Below, piece by piece: positions 29,450-39,380 of a stretch of DNA of 64,000 nt. The notes beneath the pieces are model-generated. The model searched no databases. It had not been told where the DNA came from and saw nothing but the letters and a program-made list of their open reading frames with translations. The translations under genes and the position numbers were made by a program. Positions within the stretch are counted from its first letter, which is position 1, and each line of letters starts with the position of its first letter. The stretch is taken from NCBI GenBank assembly GCA_032128875.1, contig JAVLKG010000007.1, positions 192,001 to 256,000 on the forward strand. The letters are read 5' to 3'. The DNA is from Candidatus Melainabacteria bacterium 17Bon1m (GTDB taxonomy: Bacteria; Cyanobacteriota; Vampirovibrionia; Obscuribacterales; Obscuribacteraceae).

Positions 29450-30412
29450 CTAGCAGCAGGAATAGGTTTTGCCAAAACTAAAACCGCTTCTTTCTAGTAA
29501 TCTTCGTGTTGATAAATAGTGTACCTCCCAAACGTCTGGGCCGTAACCACCAGCGAACACTGAAGCGAAAGAAATTCCCAAATCTGCAAAGGTGTCAATC
29601 ACCAATTCATCGCGTGCTTTCATCACCGATAGAGGCAGCCGAAAGTAGCTTGTGCCGGGCAATACGTCTTTTTCATATGGGTCGCTTCCGCCGACATAAA
29701 TCACCATATCCGGTGCAAATTTTGAAAGGGAAAGTTTCAAACCGGCTTCGGTTTTTTGCAGATATTTCTCTTTCTCGATTTCTTTTATCGGTATGTCGAG
29801 GTCGCTTTTCTGCTTGATTTCCGGCCATCCTTCCTCTGAATGAACCGAAAATGTAAAAACGCTATCGTCGTTTTGAAAGGTGACCGCGTTGCCATCTCCC
29901 TGATGAAAATCGAGATCGACGATCATCGCTTTTTTGATCTTTCCGATTTTTTGCAGGTGCCTAATAGCGATTGCAATGTCGTTGATCGCGCAGTAGCCTC
30001 GCCCTTGATCCGGAAATGCGTGGTGGTATCCACCGCCAAGATTGGCTGCCAGTCCGGTTTCTAAACTAATCTCGCAGGCTGCAAGTGTGCCACCGCTTTT
30101 CAGTTTGAAATCATCGATTATTGTTGGAAGCGGACGGATCGCTTTTTCCGGGAAGTATTCGCTTTCGCGAAACTCGAAAAGATCGATCCATGTTTTCGGG
30201 ATTTTGAGCGTTTCTAGATACTCGGGAGTGTGCACAAGACGAAGCTGTTCGTCGGTGATTGGTTGAGGTTCTAGATATGGCACGGGTGCGCCAATGTCCT
30301 CACCCAGCTTCTTGAGAACCATCTCTCCGCGATCTAGCGCGAATGGCTTATCAAAGCCGAAGTCGGACAGAGGAGTCTTATACCTGGGAGAGAATACTAG
30401 ATTGGTTTTCAT
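29450..30412 (-). CDS. Histone deacetylase family (Zn-dependent) protein
   Basis: GGGYHHA, GYCAIND, DLDFHQGDG, GSDPYEKD, AGGY. Confidence 0.9.
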   Translation of the reverse strand: MKTNLVFSPRYKTPLSDFGFDKPFALDRGEMVLKKLGEDIGAPVPYLEPQPITDEQLRLVHTPEYLETLKIPKTWIDLFEFRESEYFPEKAIRPLPTIIDDFKLKSGGTLAACEISLETGLAANLGGGYHHAFPDQGRGYCAINDIAIAIRHLQKIGKIKKAMIVDLDFHQGDGNAVTFQNDDSVFTFSVHSEEGWPEIKQKSDLDIPIKEIEKEKYLQKTEAGLKLSLSKFAPDMVIYVGGSDPYEKDVLPGTSYFRLPLSVMKARDELVIDTFADLGISFASVFAGGYGPDVWEVHYLSTRRLLERSGFSFGKTYSCC

Positions 30413-30847
30413 GACTTCGGAAGTATAACAAGAGTCTCTATATTAAATGTCAAGATAAGCTAACTGAATGAGCTTTGAAGAGTATTTCCTCATGATCTTA
30501 GTCAGGTATTAGAGCAGGACAAGAGGAGCAGATTGAACCTGACTAGTGTTCTCTTCTAGATTCGATCGCACTTATTTCTTCTACAACTGACGCTTGGTAC
30601 GAAAACCAAACGAATCCCAAAGTCTCTACACGACCCCCTGCACACCCTACTTGAAGGTCACACTCTCCCTGAGTCTGCCTTTCGTGGATGGACGCGCTGC
30701 TGAAGAAGTCGCTTTGATTTCTTGCAGGTTTCGGTGAACTGTCGAGCATCCTGAAAAATGTGTCTCCGTCTGTAGAAGCCCTGTGCGTCCCGATTATGGC
30801 GACGATCTCACAACATGCTTCCAGCGGTAATCTGTGGAGGTAACACA

Positions 30848-32293
30848 ATGTCATTCGGCCCACTTTTGCTTGGGCTTGCGCTTCTCTTTGCCTTCCTCAT
30901 CCTCAACGGTCTCTTCGTGGCGTTCGAATTCGCCATCATCGCGCTCCGCAAGAGCCGACTCGAAGAGCTGGTGAAGAATGGCAAATCGGGAGCGGAACGT
31001 GTGCAGAAGCTGCATAAGCAATTGGATAGAACCATTGCTGGCGCGCAGCTCGGCATCACGTTGGCTAGTCTTGCCCTGGGCTGGTTGGGTGACCACTCAA
31101 TCTTGCCCCTGATCCAGTCTGCGATGTCTTCCATTCCGGGAATTGCTGAATTGCAGCTTCCGGCTGGTCTGGGCGTCGCTATCTCGTTTATCATCCTCAG
31201 CCTCTTGCACGTAGTCGTCGGCGAACAGGTGCCGAAGACGATGGGTCTCAGGGCTCCGGAGAAGATGTCCTTCTTGCTGTCCGGCCCGTTCCGCATCTTC
31301 TGCTTCGTCACTGCGCCTCTGGTGTGGTTGATGAACGCGTTCACGTGGATTTTGCTCAAGCCTTTCGGCATGACGAAAGCGCACCACGAGGAAGGACACC
31401 TGCCTTCGCCGGCGGAGTTCCAGATTTTGTTTGAAGAGAGTGTCAAAGCTGGTACGCTCGGAAAGCAGGAGTCTGATTTCCTCAAGCGCGCTCTCGAGCT
31501 AAAGGCCGTTACCTTGAAAGAGGTGATGATCCCGCGTACGCGAGTGGACTACGTTGAAGACGGTGCCAGTCTTGTCGACATGATGGCCGTGGCTTCGCGC
31601 ACAAAGCACTCGAAGTTGCCTGTGTTCCGAAATTCGCGCGACAACGTGATCGGCATTCTCAACACCCGCGACCTGCATGACCTGTTCTACGCGCACCTGA
31701 AGGCGCGCGCCCAGACTGGCTCCGGCGCGGCTACCGGCTCGGCTCAGACCGGCTCCGCGCAGATCACGCCCAAGCCCTTCCGTCTCTCGGACTACGTGCG
31801 CAAGGCTTACTTCGTGCCCGACACGATGCTTGCCAGCACGCTGCTCGAGCAGATGAAGGAGCGCAAGCTGCAGATGGCTGTCGTCATCGACGAGTTCGGT
31901 GCGACGGTCGGTATCGTCACCCTGGAAGACTTGCTTGAACAGCTGGTCGGCGAAATCTGGGATGAGTACGATTCGCCGGGCGCGGGTATCGAGCAGGTGA
32001 GCGAAAACGCCTGGCACATCCCGGGCGACCTCACCATCTTCGAGTTCAACAAGTTCTTCGGCTCCGGGCTCAGTTGCGAAACGCACTGCGTGACGGTGGC
32101 GGGGCTTGTCATCGAAGCGCTCGATCGCCAGCCTGATGGTGGCGAAAGCATTCAGGTCAACGGCTACACGTTCACCATTCTCGAGATCAAGAATCGCGCC
32201 GTCTTCCGGCTTGCGGTTCAGCGTCCCGATGGTGCGCCGCCGCTCGCCTTCCCGCCCGGCGGAGAGCACGGGCAAGCTGACGTCGTTTCCTGA
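30848..32293 (+). CDS. HlyC/CorC (CNNM + CBS) family transporter
   Basis: NGLFVAFEFA, QLGITLASLALGW, GEQVPK, MIPR, IDEFG..GIVTLEDLLEQLVGEIWDEYD; GGAGG RBS. Confidence 0.92.
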   Translation: MSFGPLLLGLALLFAFLILNGLFVAFEFAIIALRKSRLEELVKNGKSGAERVQKLHKQLDRTIAGAQLGITLASLALGWLGDHSILPLIQSAMSSIPGIAELQLPAGLGVAISFIILSLLHVVVGEQVPKTMGLRAPEKMSFLLSGPFRIFCFVTAPLVWLMNAFTWILLKPFGMTKAHHEEGHLPSPAEFQILFEESVKAGTLGKQESDFLKRALELKAVTLKEVMIPRTRVDYVEDGASLVDMMAVASRTKHSKLPVFRNSRDNVIGILNTRDLHDLFYAHLKARAQTGSGAATGSAQTGSAQITPKPFRLSDYVRKAYFVPDTMLASTLLEQMKERKLQMAVVIDEFGATVGIVTLEDLLEQLVGEIWDEYDSPGAGIEQVSENAWHIPGDLTIFEFNKFFGSGLSCETHCVTVAGLVIEALDRQPDGGESIQVNGYTFTILEIKNRAVFRLAVQRPDGAPPLAFPPGGEHGQADVVS

Positions 32294-32397
32294 TTCGCCC
32301 AGGAGTGCGTTGGCACAATTCGCTTGCTCTGAGGCGTGCACCAGATCCGGTGCATGCCTCGGGGCGTTGTTAGCTGCATTGTTCACCCAAATTTTCC

Positions 32398-32452
32398 CGT
32401 AGGGGAGCCGCATGCGGCTCCCTGACAGGGAAGCGCATGCGCTTCCCCTACG
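32398..32452. repeat. REP doublet-like element
   Basis: CGTAGGGGAGCCGCATGCGGCTCCC-TGACA-GGGAAGCGCATGCGCTTCCCCTACG. Confidence 0.7.
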
Positions 32453-32511
32453 AATCAGAGCGGAAGCGATGCAGCCCAAATGAGAGCCGCCGTCACGTTT
32501 GACGCGGCTGA

Positions 32512-34032
32512 ATGGAGACCCCGATGATTACTCTACTTGCTATTGTTGCCGCGGCTCTTGCTGTGGTGACTTGTATCGCGATTATCCGGCGGGGCTCCGC
32601 GCGGCTTCGAGAAGAGGCACGTGACCCCGCTGTGAATACCTCGCCGTTCGTCGTCAAGCCGATGATTCAGCTTGGCGCACGTGACGGCAAGGCGATGTTC
32701 GAAATCGTCTTTGCTGGCGCAGGCGTTGCAGCAGACTACAAGCTGCGCGTCTACGCCGACCGCTCGGGCACTTTGGATTTCACTCCCACTGTGTCGTACC
32801 CGGTCAACCTGCCAGAAGCTCAGCCCAAGATCCCAGTGCACAAGGTCTTCCGCGTGCCGGTCAGTGGGCTAGAGCCTGGTGAGCGCTTTTCCTATCGCAT
32901 CAATTACGCTGGCAATCAGGTCTTCGCGGCAACCGCGCAGGCTCCGACGGCGGAAGGCGAGAAGACGCGTATTGTCGTCACCGGCGACATCGCAAAATGG
33001 GGAGCGGATGAGCGACGCATCGCCAACCGCGCCTATCAGGAAAAGCCCAACATGATTGTCTTGGTTGGCGACATCGCCTACGACGACGGTCGAATCATCG
33101 AATATTTCGAGAAATTCCTCCCGGCGTACAACGCTGACCAGGCTGCCGATGCGCTCGGTGCGCCGATTCTGCGCTCGATAATGACGGTTGCTGTCGCAGG
33201 CAACCACTGCGTCGGGCGCCCGGAGACTATGGCTGTCCCGGATTTCAACGAGTTCGCGGATCACTTCGCGTACTTCGTCTACTGGGCTCAGCCGCTCAAC
33301 GCGCCTGTTCCCGCCGCCGCCGCTGCTGCCTACGGCAAGGACCTGATTGGTCCCAAGTCGCGCAAAGACGCTGTCTTTGCAGCAGCCGGTGAGCGCGCAC
33401 CCGCCATGCTCAACTTCTCTTTTGACCATGGCGATGCACATTGGGTCGTGCTCGATTCCAATCGCTACATGGACTGGACCGATCCGGTTCTGCGCGAGTG
33501 GCTCGAAAAGGACCTGATGTCCACCACAAAGACGTGGAAGTTCGTGACCTTCCACCACTCCTGTTTCCACTCCAGCCGCAAACACCAGGACGGTGTGCGC
33601 ATGAGGCTGGTCGCGGACATCTTCCAGAAGTGCGGTGTCGACATCGTCTTCACTGGTCATGTCCACACCTATGAGCGGACTTTCCCGCTCACGTTCAACC
33701 TCAAGCGGAAGCTCGCAGACCTCGGCAAGACCGAAGCCAACGACCTTGTCGCAGAGTCCACTAAGTACGAGGGCGACCTCGTTCTGGACAAGGAATACGA
33801 TGGTGTCACGAACACGCGACCCAAGGGCGTCATCTACCTCACCACTGGTGCCGGTGGCGCTCCGCTTCACTCCGAGGCAATGCCGGAAGAGCTGAAGTGG
33901 CAGCCGCAGACCTGTGTTGCGAAAGCCGGAAGGCACTCGCTCACGGTGCTCGACATGATTGGTCCGAAACTCGTCGCGCGCCAGCTCACCGCCCAGGGCG
34001 AAGAGTTGGATCGCTTCGAAATCACCAAGTAA
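32512..34032 (+). CDS. Purple-acid-phosphatase-like metallophosphoesterase with N-terminal TM and FN3-like domain
   Basis: TGD, VGDIAY, AGNH, FHH, GHVHTYER, TGAGG. Confidence 0.85.
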   Translation: METPMITLLAIVAAALAVVTCIAIIRRGSARLREEARDPAVNTSPFVVKPMIQLGARDGKAMFEIVFAGAGVAADYKLRVYADRSGTLDFTPTVSYPVNLPEAQPKIPVHKVFRVPVSGLEPGERFSYRINYAGNQVFAATAQAPTAEGEKTRIVVTGDIAKWGADERRIANRAYQEKPNMIVLVGDIAYDDGRIIEYFEKFLPAYNADQAADALGAPILRSIMTVAVAGNHCVGRPETMAVPDFNEFADHFAYFVYWAQPLNAPVPAAAAAAYGKDLIGPKSRKDAVFAAAGERAPAMLNFSFDHGDAHWVVLDSNRYMDWTDPVLREWLEKDLMSTTKTWKFVTFHHSCFHSSRKHQDGVRMRLVADIFQKCGVDIVFTGHVHTYERTFPLTFNLKRKLADLGKTEANDLVAESTKYEGDLVLDKEYDGVTNTRPKGVIYLTTGAGGAPLHSEAMPEELKWQPQTCVAKAGRHSLTVLDMIGPKLVARQLTAQGEELDRFEITK

Positions 34033-34038
34033 CAGACC

Positions 34039-34096
34039 CTCTGTAGGGCCGCATGCGGCTCCCTGACAGGCAGGCACATGTGCCTCCCGTACAGAG
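34039..34096. repeat. REP doublet-like element, second copy
   Basis: Shares GCCGCATGCGGCTCCCTGACAGG with 32398..32452; CTCTGTA/TACAGAG ends. Confidence 0.65.
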
Positions 34097-34249
34097 TTCT
34101 CGGCGCGGGGGTGGGTTTCATTGCCTTGCAGTGAAGCTCACTCCCGTGTTTCCTTCTCTCGTTTCTCGCTTCATCGAAGAAACACAACCCTCAAAAAAAA
34201 GACTCACGTCCTTGGAGGACTACAAGAATCTCCAGGGAGAAGGTGCTAT

Positions 34250-35266
34250 ATGACCCGTACAAGGACCGTTGCGGTCAATCTTGACGCAAGTCACTCGAAC
34301 GAAATTTACCTTGCAGCTCTGAAGCCCAAAGCTGGATTTTTCAGCAAGCTGCTCTCAACCCTCTGGCTGTTTGTCGGACTCGGCGCACTCATCTGGTTCG
34401 CTTGGTCTGAGCCGTTTTCAGGCATGTTCTTCAACTGGTTGCAAAACCACGGCGTGGCACCGTGGGTGGTGACCTATGTCCTCACCCCTCTCGTCATGTT
34501 CGTGCGTGCTGTCATCGCAGTCGAATCGATTGGATACGGTTACCACCGCTTCTTCCAGCATGTCGGCTACTTCACCCGCAAGGCACAGGTGTTTCGGCGG
34601 AACCAGCGTTTTCACTGGATCCACCACATGATCATCTATCCGATCGGGCGTCTCTACAAGCACGGCAAGCGCTACCACACTTCTGAGAAGGGCTTCGGTC
34701 TGAGCTGGGTTCTGCCCGGTCTCATGGCTGCCGGACTCTTTCTCTACACCCACGGCTTCAACATGGTGAGCTTCGCGTTCATCTTCGGGCTGTGGTATTA
34801 CGCCAAAATGGTAGTCGACCTGACGCACGCGCGTTTTCACTTCGACAATCATCCGTGGGTTGGTAAGCCGTATTTCCTGTGGTTGGAGGAGATTCATCTC
34901 CTGCATCACTGGGACCAGCGGTACAACTTCACCATCGTGCATCCGCTCATGGACAGGCTCTTCGGCACCTATCTGGACCCTGCGACTCATCGCAAGGAGC
35001 TTCAGATTTCGCTCGAAGACAATGACGTGACGGTGTCCGATTTGATCAATTGGCGATACCTGCTTACCGAAGCGAGCCCCACTGAGTATGCGGCTTTCGT
35101 GTCGGCGGCGCAGCGCTATCCCAAGTCGCTTCGCAAGGTCAAGCATTTGCTGACCGTGTTGAAGCATCGAACCGACAGTCATCCTGAGGACGCAGAGGCT
35201 GCAGAGTTGCATGCCCGAGCCCTCAATTTGGTCACCGCCGTTGGAAAGACGCCGGAGACCGTTTAG
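34250..35266 (+). CDS. Membrane di-iron desaturase/hydroxylase (fatty acid hydroxylase/sterol desaturase superfamily)
   Basis: His boxes HRFFQH, HWIHH, HARFH, HLLHH with TM segments; DRLFGT. Confidence 0.8.
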   Translation: MTRTRTVAVNLDASHSNEIYLAALKPKAGFFSKLLSTLWLFVGLGALIWFAWSEPFSGMFFNWLQNHGVAPWVVTYVLTPLVMFVRAVIAVESIGYGYHRFFQHVGYFTRKAQVFRRNQRFHWIHHMIIYPIGRLYKHGKRYHTSEKGFGLSWVLPGLMAAGLFLYTHGFNMVSFAFIFGLWYYAKMVVDLTHARFHFDNHPWVGKPYFLWLEEIHLLHHWDQRYNFTIVHPLMDRLFGTYLDPATHRKELQISLEDNDVTVSDLINWRYLLTEASPTEYAAFVSAAQRYPKSLRKVKHLLTVLKHRTDSHPEDAEAAELHARALNLVTAVGKTPETV

Positions 35267-35761
35267 TTTGAAATTCAGGTTGTGATTTAGGTTGATTCTG
35301 GAGACGCCGAAACGTCTTCTGACCAACCGCCTGACTGACTGTCACCGATTAACGCTGTTTCCCGAGAAGGGGGCGTATTTTGGTCTGGTGTTACTGGAGA
35401 AAGACCCGAGCCCAGATGTTTTTGAGCTCCGGTCTTTCTCTCTTGGCCAGCTGCCTACTAGGCTGAGTGGTATGCGCGGTTACTTTACCCGTGAGGCATT
35501 TTCTCCCGCGGGTTGTGAAAGCAGTGCTAGGTGCAAACCGACGCATTAGAGGTTTCGCTCTATGTAAACGCTTGGAAACCGGGCGTGCCCGCACGTAGGC
35601 TGGGGTTATCGCTTCTAGAACTTTTCTTTCCGAGACAACTACCCTCCTTCTTCGTCAACCTTGCACCAAACAGGCTTTCGCCTAACTCCGCGCGCACGCA
35701 CGCAGAGTCGGCCCCTGTCGCAATTGAGTCTCTGGAAGCGATTAGCTGAAAGGTCAGTACC

Positions 35762-36925
35762 ATGTATCACTTGAAGAATAAGACAACTATCATCAACGTT
35801 GGCGTGGAGCGGCTCGGTGTGGTCGCTTCGCCCCAGAGCGTCTTTCAGGAGGAAGGCGTTCTTAACCCTGCCGTGTATCAGGACCGTGCCGGAAACCTCG
35901 TCGTGATGATGCGTTCGGTTGCGAAAGGCAATCAATCGCGTCTCGAGATGATTCGGCAGCCCTGGGAAAACGGCAAGCCGTGCACGGATGCAGCCGGCAA
36001 TGAAGCGCCGTTCGAACGGATCGGATTCGCACTTGTTCCGCAGGCTTCTTACGAACGCCGGCGTCGCATCGGCGAGTCTGGCAAGGTCGAGTTCATCGGT
36101 GGCGAAGGCTGCGAAGATGCGCGCGTGACGTTCATCAAGCAGCTCGACCGCTACCTGATGTGCTACACGGCTTTCGGTCCAGAAGGTCCGCGCATCGCGC
36201 TCGCCTGGTCGCAAGACGGCTACAAATGGCACCGCATCGGACTTCTGCAATTCCCTGAGGAATTCGGACTGCATCCTGACGACAAGGATGCCGCTTTCTT
36301 CCCCGAACCCGTGCTTTCGCCGAAGGGCGTTCTGAGCATCGCGCTGTATCATCGCCCGATGGTCAACATTCCTGCCTCCGACGGCATGGATGTTGTGCAG
36401 TCGACGCTCTCGGCGCGTCCCGACAAGCGCCAGTGCATTCGCATCGCCTATATTCCGCTGGACAAGGTGATGAAGAACATCCGCAACGTGCTCAAAGTCA
36501 GCGAATCGAAGCTCGTCTTCGAGCCACTCGCTGAGTGGGGCTCGTTCAAGTGCGGTGCAGGAACGGCGCCGGTGCGCATCGGTAGCGGCTGGCTGGAAAT
36601 CTTCCACGGCGTGGATCAGTTTCCCTCCGCCTCGCGCCCCTCTGGCTACCAGGGTCGCTACGCGGCGGGGATCATCGTTCACGACATCGATCGCCCGGAC
36701 AAGATCCTCTACTACTCGACGGAGCCTGTCATCAAGCCGGAAACGAAGGACGAGCTGGAAGGCATCGTCAACAATGTCGTCTTCCCGACCGGCATTGTCG
36801 AGCGCACGGACCTGCGTTTCTCGCATCGCGCATTCGGTTACACCGACCGCGTCTTCGATGTCTATTACGGCATGGCTGATCGCCTGATTGGGCGTTTCCG
36901 CCTGACCGTGCGCGAAGAAGCCTAG
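35762..36925 (+). CDS. Glycoside hydrolase family 130 glycosidase/phosphorylase
   Basis: GVLNPA, GCEDARVT, DKDAAFFP, YHRP, NVVFPTG, YYGMAD. Confidence 0.85.
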   Translation: MYHLKNKTTIINVGVERLGVVASPQSVFQEEGVLNPAVYQDRAGNLVVMMRSVAKGNQSRLEMIRQPWENGKPCTDAAGNEAPFERIGFALVPQASYERRRRIGESGKVEFIGGEGCEDARVTFIKQLDRYLMCYTAFGPEGPRIALAWSQDGYKWHRIGLLQFPEEFGLHPDDKDAAFFPEPVLSPKGVLSIALYHRPMVNIPASDGMDVVQSTLSARPDKRQCIRIAYIPLDKVMKNIRNVLKVSESKLVFEPLAEWGSFKCGAGTAPVRIGSGWLEIFHGVDQFPSASRPSGYQGRYAAGIIVHDIDRPDKILYYSTEPVIKPETKDELEGIVNNVVFPTGIVERTDLRFSHRAFGYTDRVFDVYYGMADRLIGRFRLTVREEA

Positions 36926-37098
36926 CGGTTTTCGCATAAAGAACGGCTACCTAAATCAGATCGGTAAATGCTGCCAGCCGTTATGGATTGGAGCATTTGC
37001 CGATCTGATTTGTTTTTGGCGGTGGCTATACGATATAAGATAGTGTATTCTGCTTTTGGTTTGGATGGAAGGACGGCGCTGATGCTGCACTTGCTGCT

Positions 37099-37650
37099 CT
37101 ACATGTCTTTGCCGATCAGGTTTTTGATTACTCCGGTTTTTGTGGCGAGAACAAGTACGCTGCCACAAAGGCCTGGAACAATGCAGAAAGTTAGAAATGT
37201 CAAAACGCACAAATAATCGATCTTATTTTGAGTTGATGCTTCATAGGTGTTTCCAAAAACAACGCACGTCGAAGACATAGACGCGAAGACCGTTAGGCTG
37301 AGTTTTGAAACAACCGGCAATTTTGATTTATCCAAGCAAGCCCACATGATGTGCGTGACGATTGCGGACAACGCGCCGAAAATTCCCAGGGTTGGCGAGT
37401 AGAGCAGCGCCTTTTCAAAAGTACAAAGTCCTACCAAAAACGGCAAAGCGACTGCAAGAAGAACTCCCGATGCGACGAAGGAAAATACTACTGCAGAAAA
37501 ACCTGTGAACACGCGCCAATCTTTGCTGTACTGTTTTTGCAAGCGTTCATAAGCGCGATAAGGATCAATCTCGTACAAAGCCTCTGGCCCGGCGTTTTCC
37601 AACAGCCGCTGCCTTGCTTCGTGCAGGTTCTCCCTCTGCTTTGTTTGCAT
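37099..37650 (-). CDS. Hypothetical integral membrane protein
   Basis: About four hydrophobic segments. Confidence 0.6.
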   Translation of the reverse strand: MQTKQRENLHEARQRLLENAGPEALYEIDPYRAYERLQKQYSKDWRVFTGFSAVVFSFVASGVLLAVALPFLVGLCTFEKALLYSPTLGIFGALSAIVTHIMWACLDKSKLPVVSKLSLTVFASMSSTCVVFGNTYEASTQNKIDYLCVLTFLTFCIVPGLCGSVLVLATKTGVIKNLIGKDM

Positions 37651-38282
37651 CGCAACAGTCTACTATGATCAACACTGATCCGTTTCCACTTCGCTCAAAT
37701 CTAGTCCCTAAGCCGTTGTTTCGAAAAGCAGCGCAGTCCACTGAAGAGACTTTCGAGAGCAGCTTTTCAGCATAACTCGTAATTTTGATCGAACGTCGAT
37801 GAGAGCCCCTTAGCAAAAAGGGCTCTCAAAGCGTTATTCGCATTCGAAACGTGTGTGGTGCTACAGGAACATCTCAGGTCTCATGCCGTTTCCGCAAGAG
37901 TTCCTGTCGCTGTTCTAATGACGCCTAGTTATCTATTGTTTTGACGATTGTAGTGGTTGAAGCCACGGAAGGTTCCCCATACCGGGGTGTCTTCGAAATA
38001 AGCAACATCAGAAACGGTTCTTTCAACTTCATCTACTTGTTGTTGCTTTTGAGCTTCGGCGGTTTGATTTGCAAGGATTTGATATTCAGGCATGAGAAAG
38101 ACACCTCGGGGTGGAGGGAGAATCGATGGGGTTGGTCAAAGGGTGGGGCGTCGAATTGCTTTCGACAAAATCATTGTCAAGCAAGGTACGTGAAAAACAC
38201 GTGAATCACGTATTCACTTTAAAAAATCCCCATTTTCTGGGAAAATTCGGGGGTCGTCCCCTGTCCGGACCACCCAAAAAGG

Positions 38283-39359
38283 GTGAAAAAGGGAGTAAAT
38301 ATTCACGTGAGCGTGAAAAATTGGCCGCCTGAAGCCGCCAAATTAATGTGCTTATTGAACGGCGCCTGCAAATTTGACGTCACGGACCTGGCTGAGCGTG
38401 CACTGACGCCGGAAATTCTCCAGTCTGTAAGTTATTTGGATTCCGACGAGGCTGTCGATAGTCTTCACGCTGACCCGTACTGGCCCAAATGGGATAGTCC
38501 CTGGTGGCACATGACCCTTCTTTATGAGATGGGGCTGGCGGACAAAATTCCCGACCGCGCTCTCGATGCGTTTCAATCCGTGGCGCGCAAGCACTATATA
38601 GATGTTTTTCCGCTTAAAGAGGAAGAGATTCCGGAAGGCTGCGACACGACGCGGAATATTTGCTGCTTCTGTGCGCTAGGCACAGCGATGCAAATTTTTG
38701 AATCACGGGGAATTCGCAGTGATGAGGTAATGCCTTGGGCGCGTTCGTGGTTTGAGCGCTATCAAATAAATGATGGCGGCTATAACTGCGCGGAAGAGGT
38801 TTATCTGAGGGACACGCCGCGATCATCGATCGTTTCCACCGTACCGATGTTGGAAGCTCTTTTGAAACTATCTGATCGCGGGCTTAGTGATGAAGAGTCG
38901 CAATTCTTGGATCGCGGCATTCAATATTTGTTGGAGCGGCGCCTCTTCAAATCGTTGAGCAAGCAAGATGCAGTAATCGACCCGGATTTTCTCAAGCTTA
39001 CCTTCCCGCGCTTCTATGAATATGATGTGCTGCGGGGGTTGAAACTCGTCACAGATTGGGCGATTAAGCGCAATAAAAAACTGCCCTGGCCGGCGGTTGA
39101 AGAGGCATTTGCAATCGTTGGCTCCAAGGTGAACGCGCAGGAAGCCACGATTAATTTAGAGCGACAGTTTTACGCCGATAAGAGAACACTCGCAAAAGAC
39201 GAAAATGGTGATTGGACGCGCGGTCACGACGCTTCTGTTTTTCCGCTATTGGAGGCTACGGGCGCCTTAGGTCCGTCGCCTTTCCTTTTCCGCCAGTTCA
39301 TGCACATGTACGAAAACGTCTACAAACTGACTTACTCCGGTTGCCTTGAGCTACAATGA
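38283..39359 (+). CDS. Hypothetical alpha/alpha-toroid (prenyltransferase/squalene-cyclase-repeat-like) protein, start uncertain
   Basis: YQINDGGYNC, YLLERRLFKS, LTFPRFYEYDVLRGL. Confidence 0.65.
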   Translation: MKKGVNIHVSVKNWPPEAAKLMCLLNGACKFDVTDLAERALTPEILQSVSYLDSDEAVDSLHADPYWPKWDSPWWHMTLLYEMGLADKIPDRALDAFQSVARKHYIDVFPLKEEEIPEGCDTTRNICCFCALGTAMQIFESRGIRSDEVMPWARSWFERYQINDGGYNCAEEVYLRDTPRSSIVSTVPMLEALLKLSDRGLSDEESQFLDRGIQYLLERRLFKSLSKQDAVIDPDFLKLTFPRFYEYDVLRGLKLVTDWAIKRNKKLPWPAVEEAFAIVGSKVNAQEATINLERQFYADKRTLAKDENGDWTRGHDASVFPLLEATGALGPSPFLFRQFMHMYENVYKLTYSGCLELQ

Positions 39360-39380
39360 TGCGACCTTTAGGAGTCGGGC

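Noticed and set aside
28558-29475. Type II restriction-modification system
   Set aside because: Neighbours are an HDAC and a convergent hypothetical; no endonuclease motif recognised.
30540-30847. Metal-sensing riboswitch upstream of the CorC-family gene
   Set aside because: No M-box or yybP-ykoY consensus recognisable by eye; an Rfam scan would be needed.
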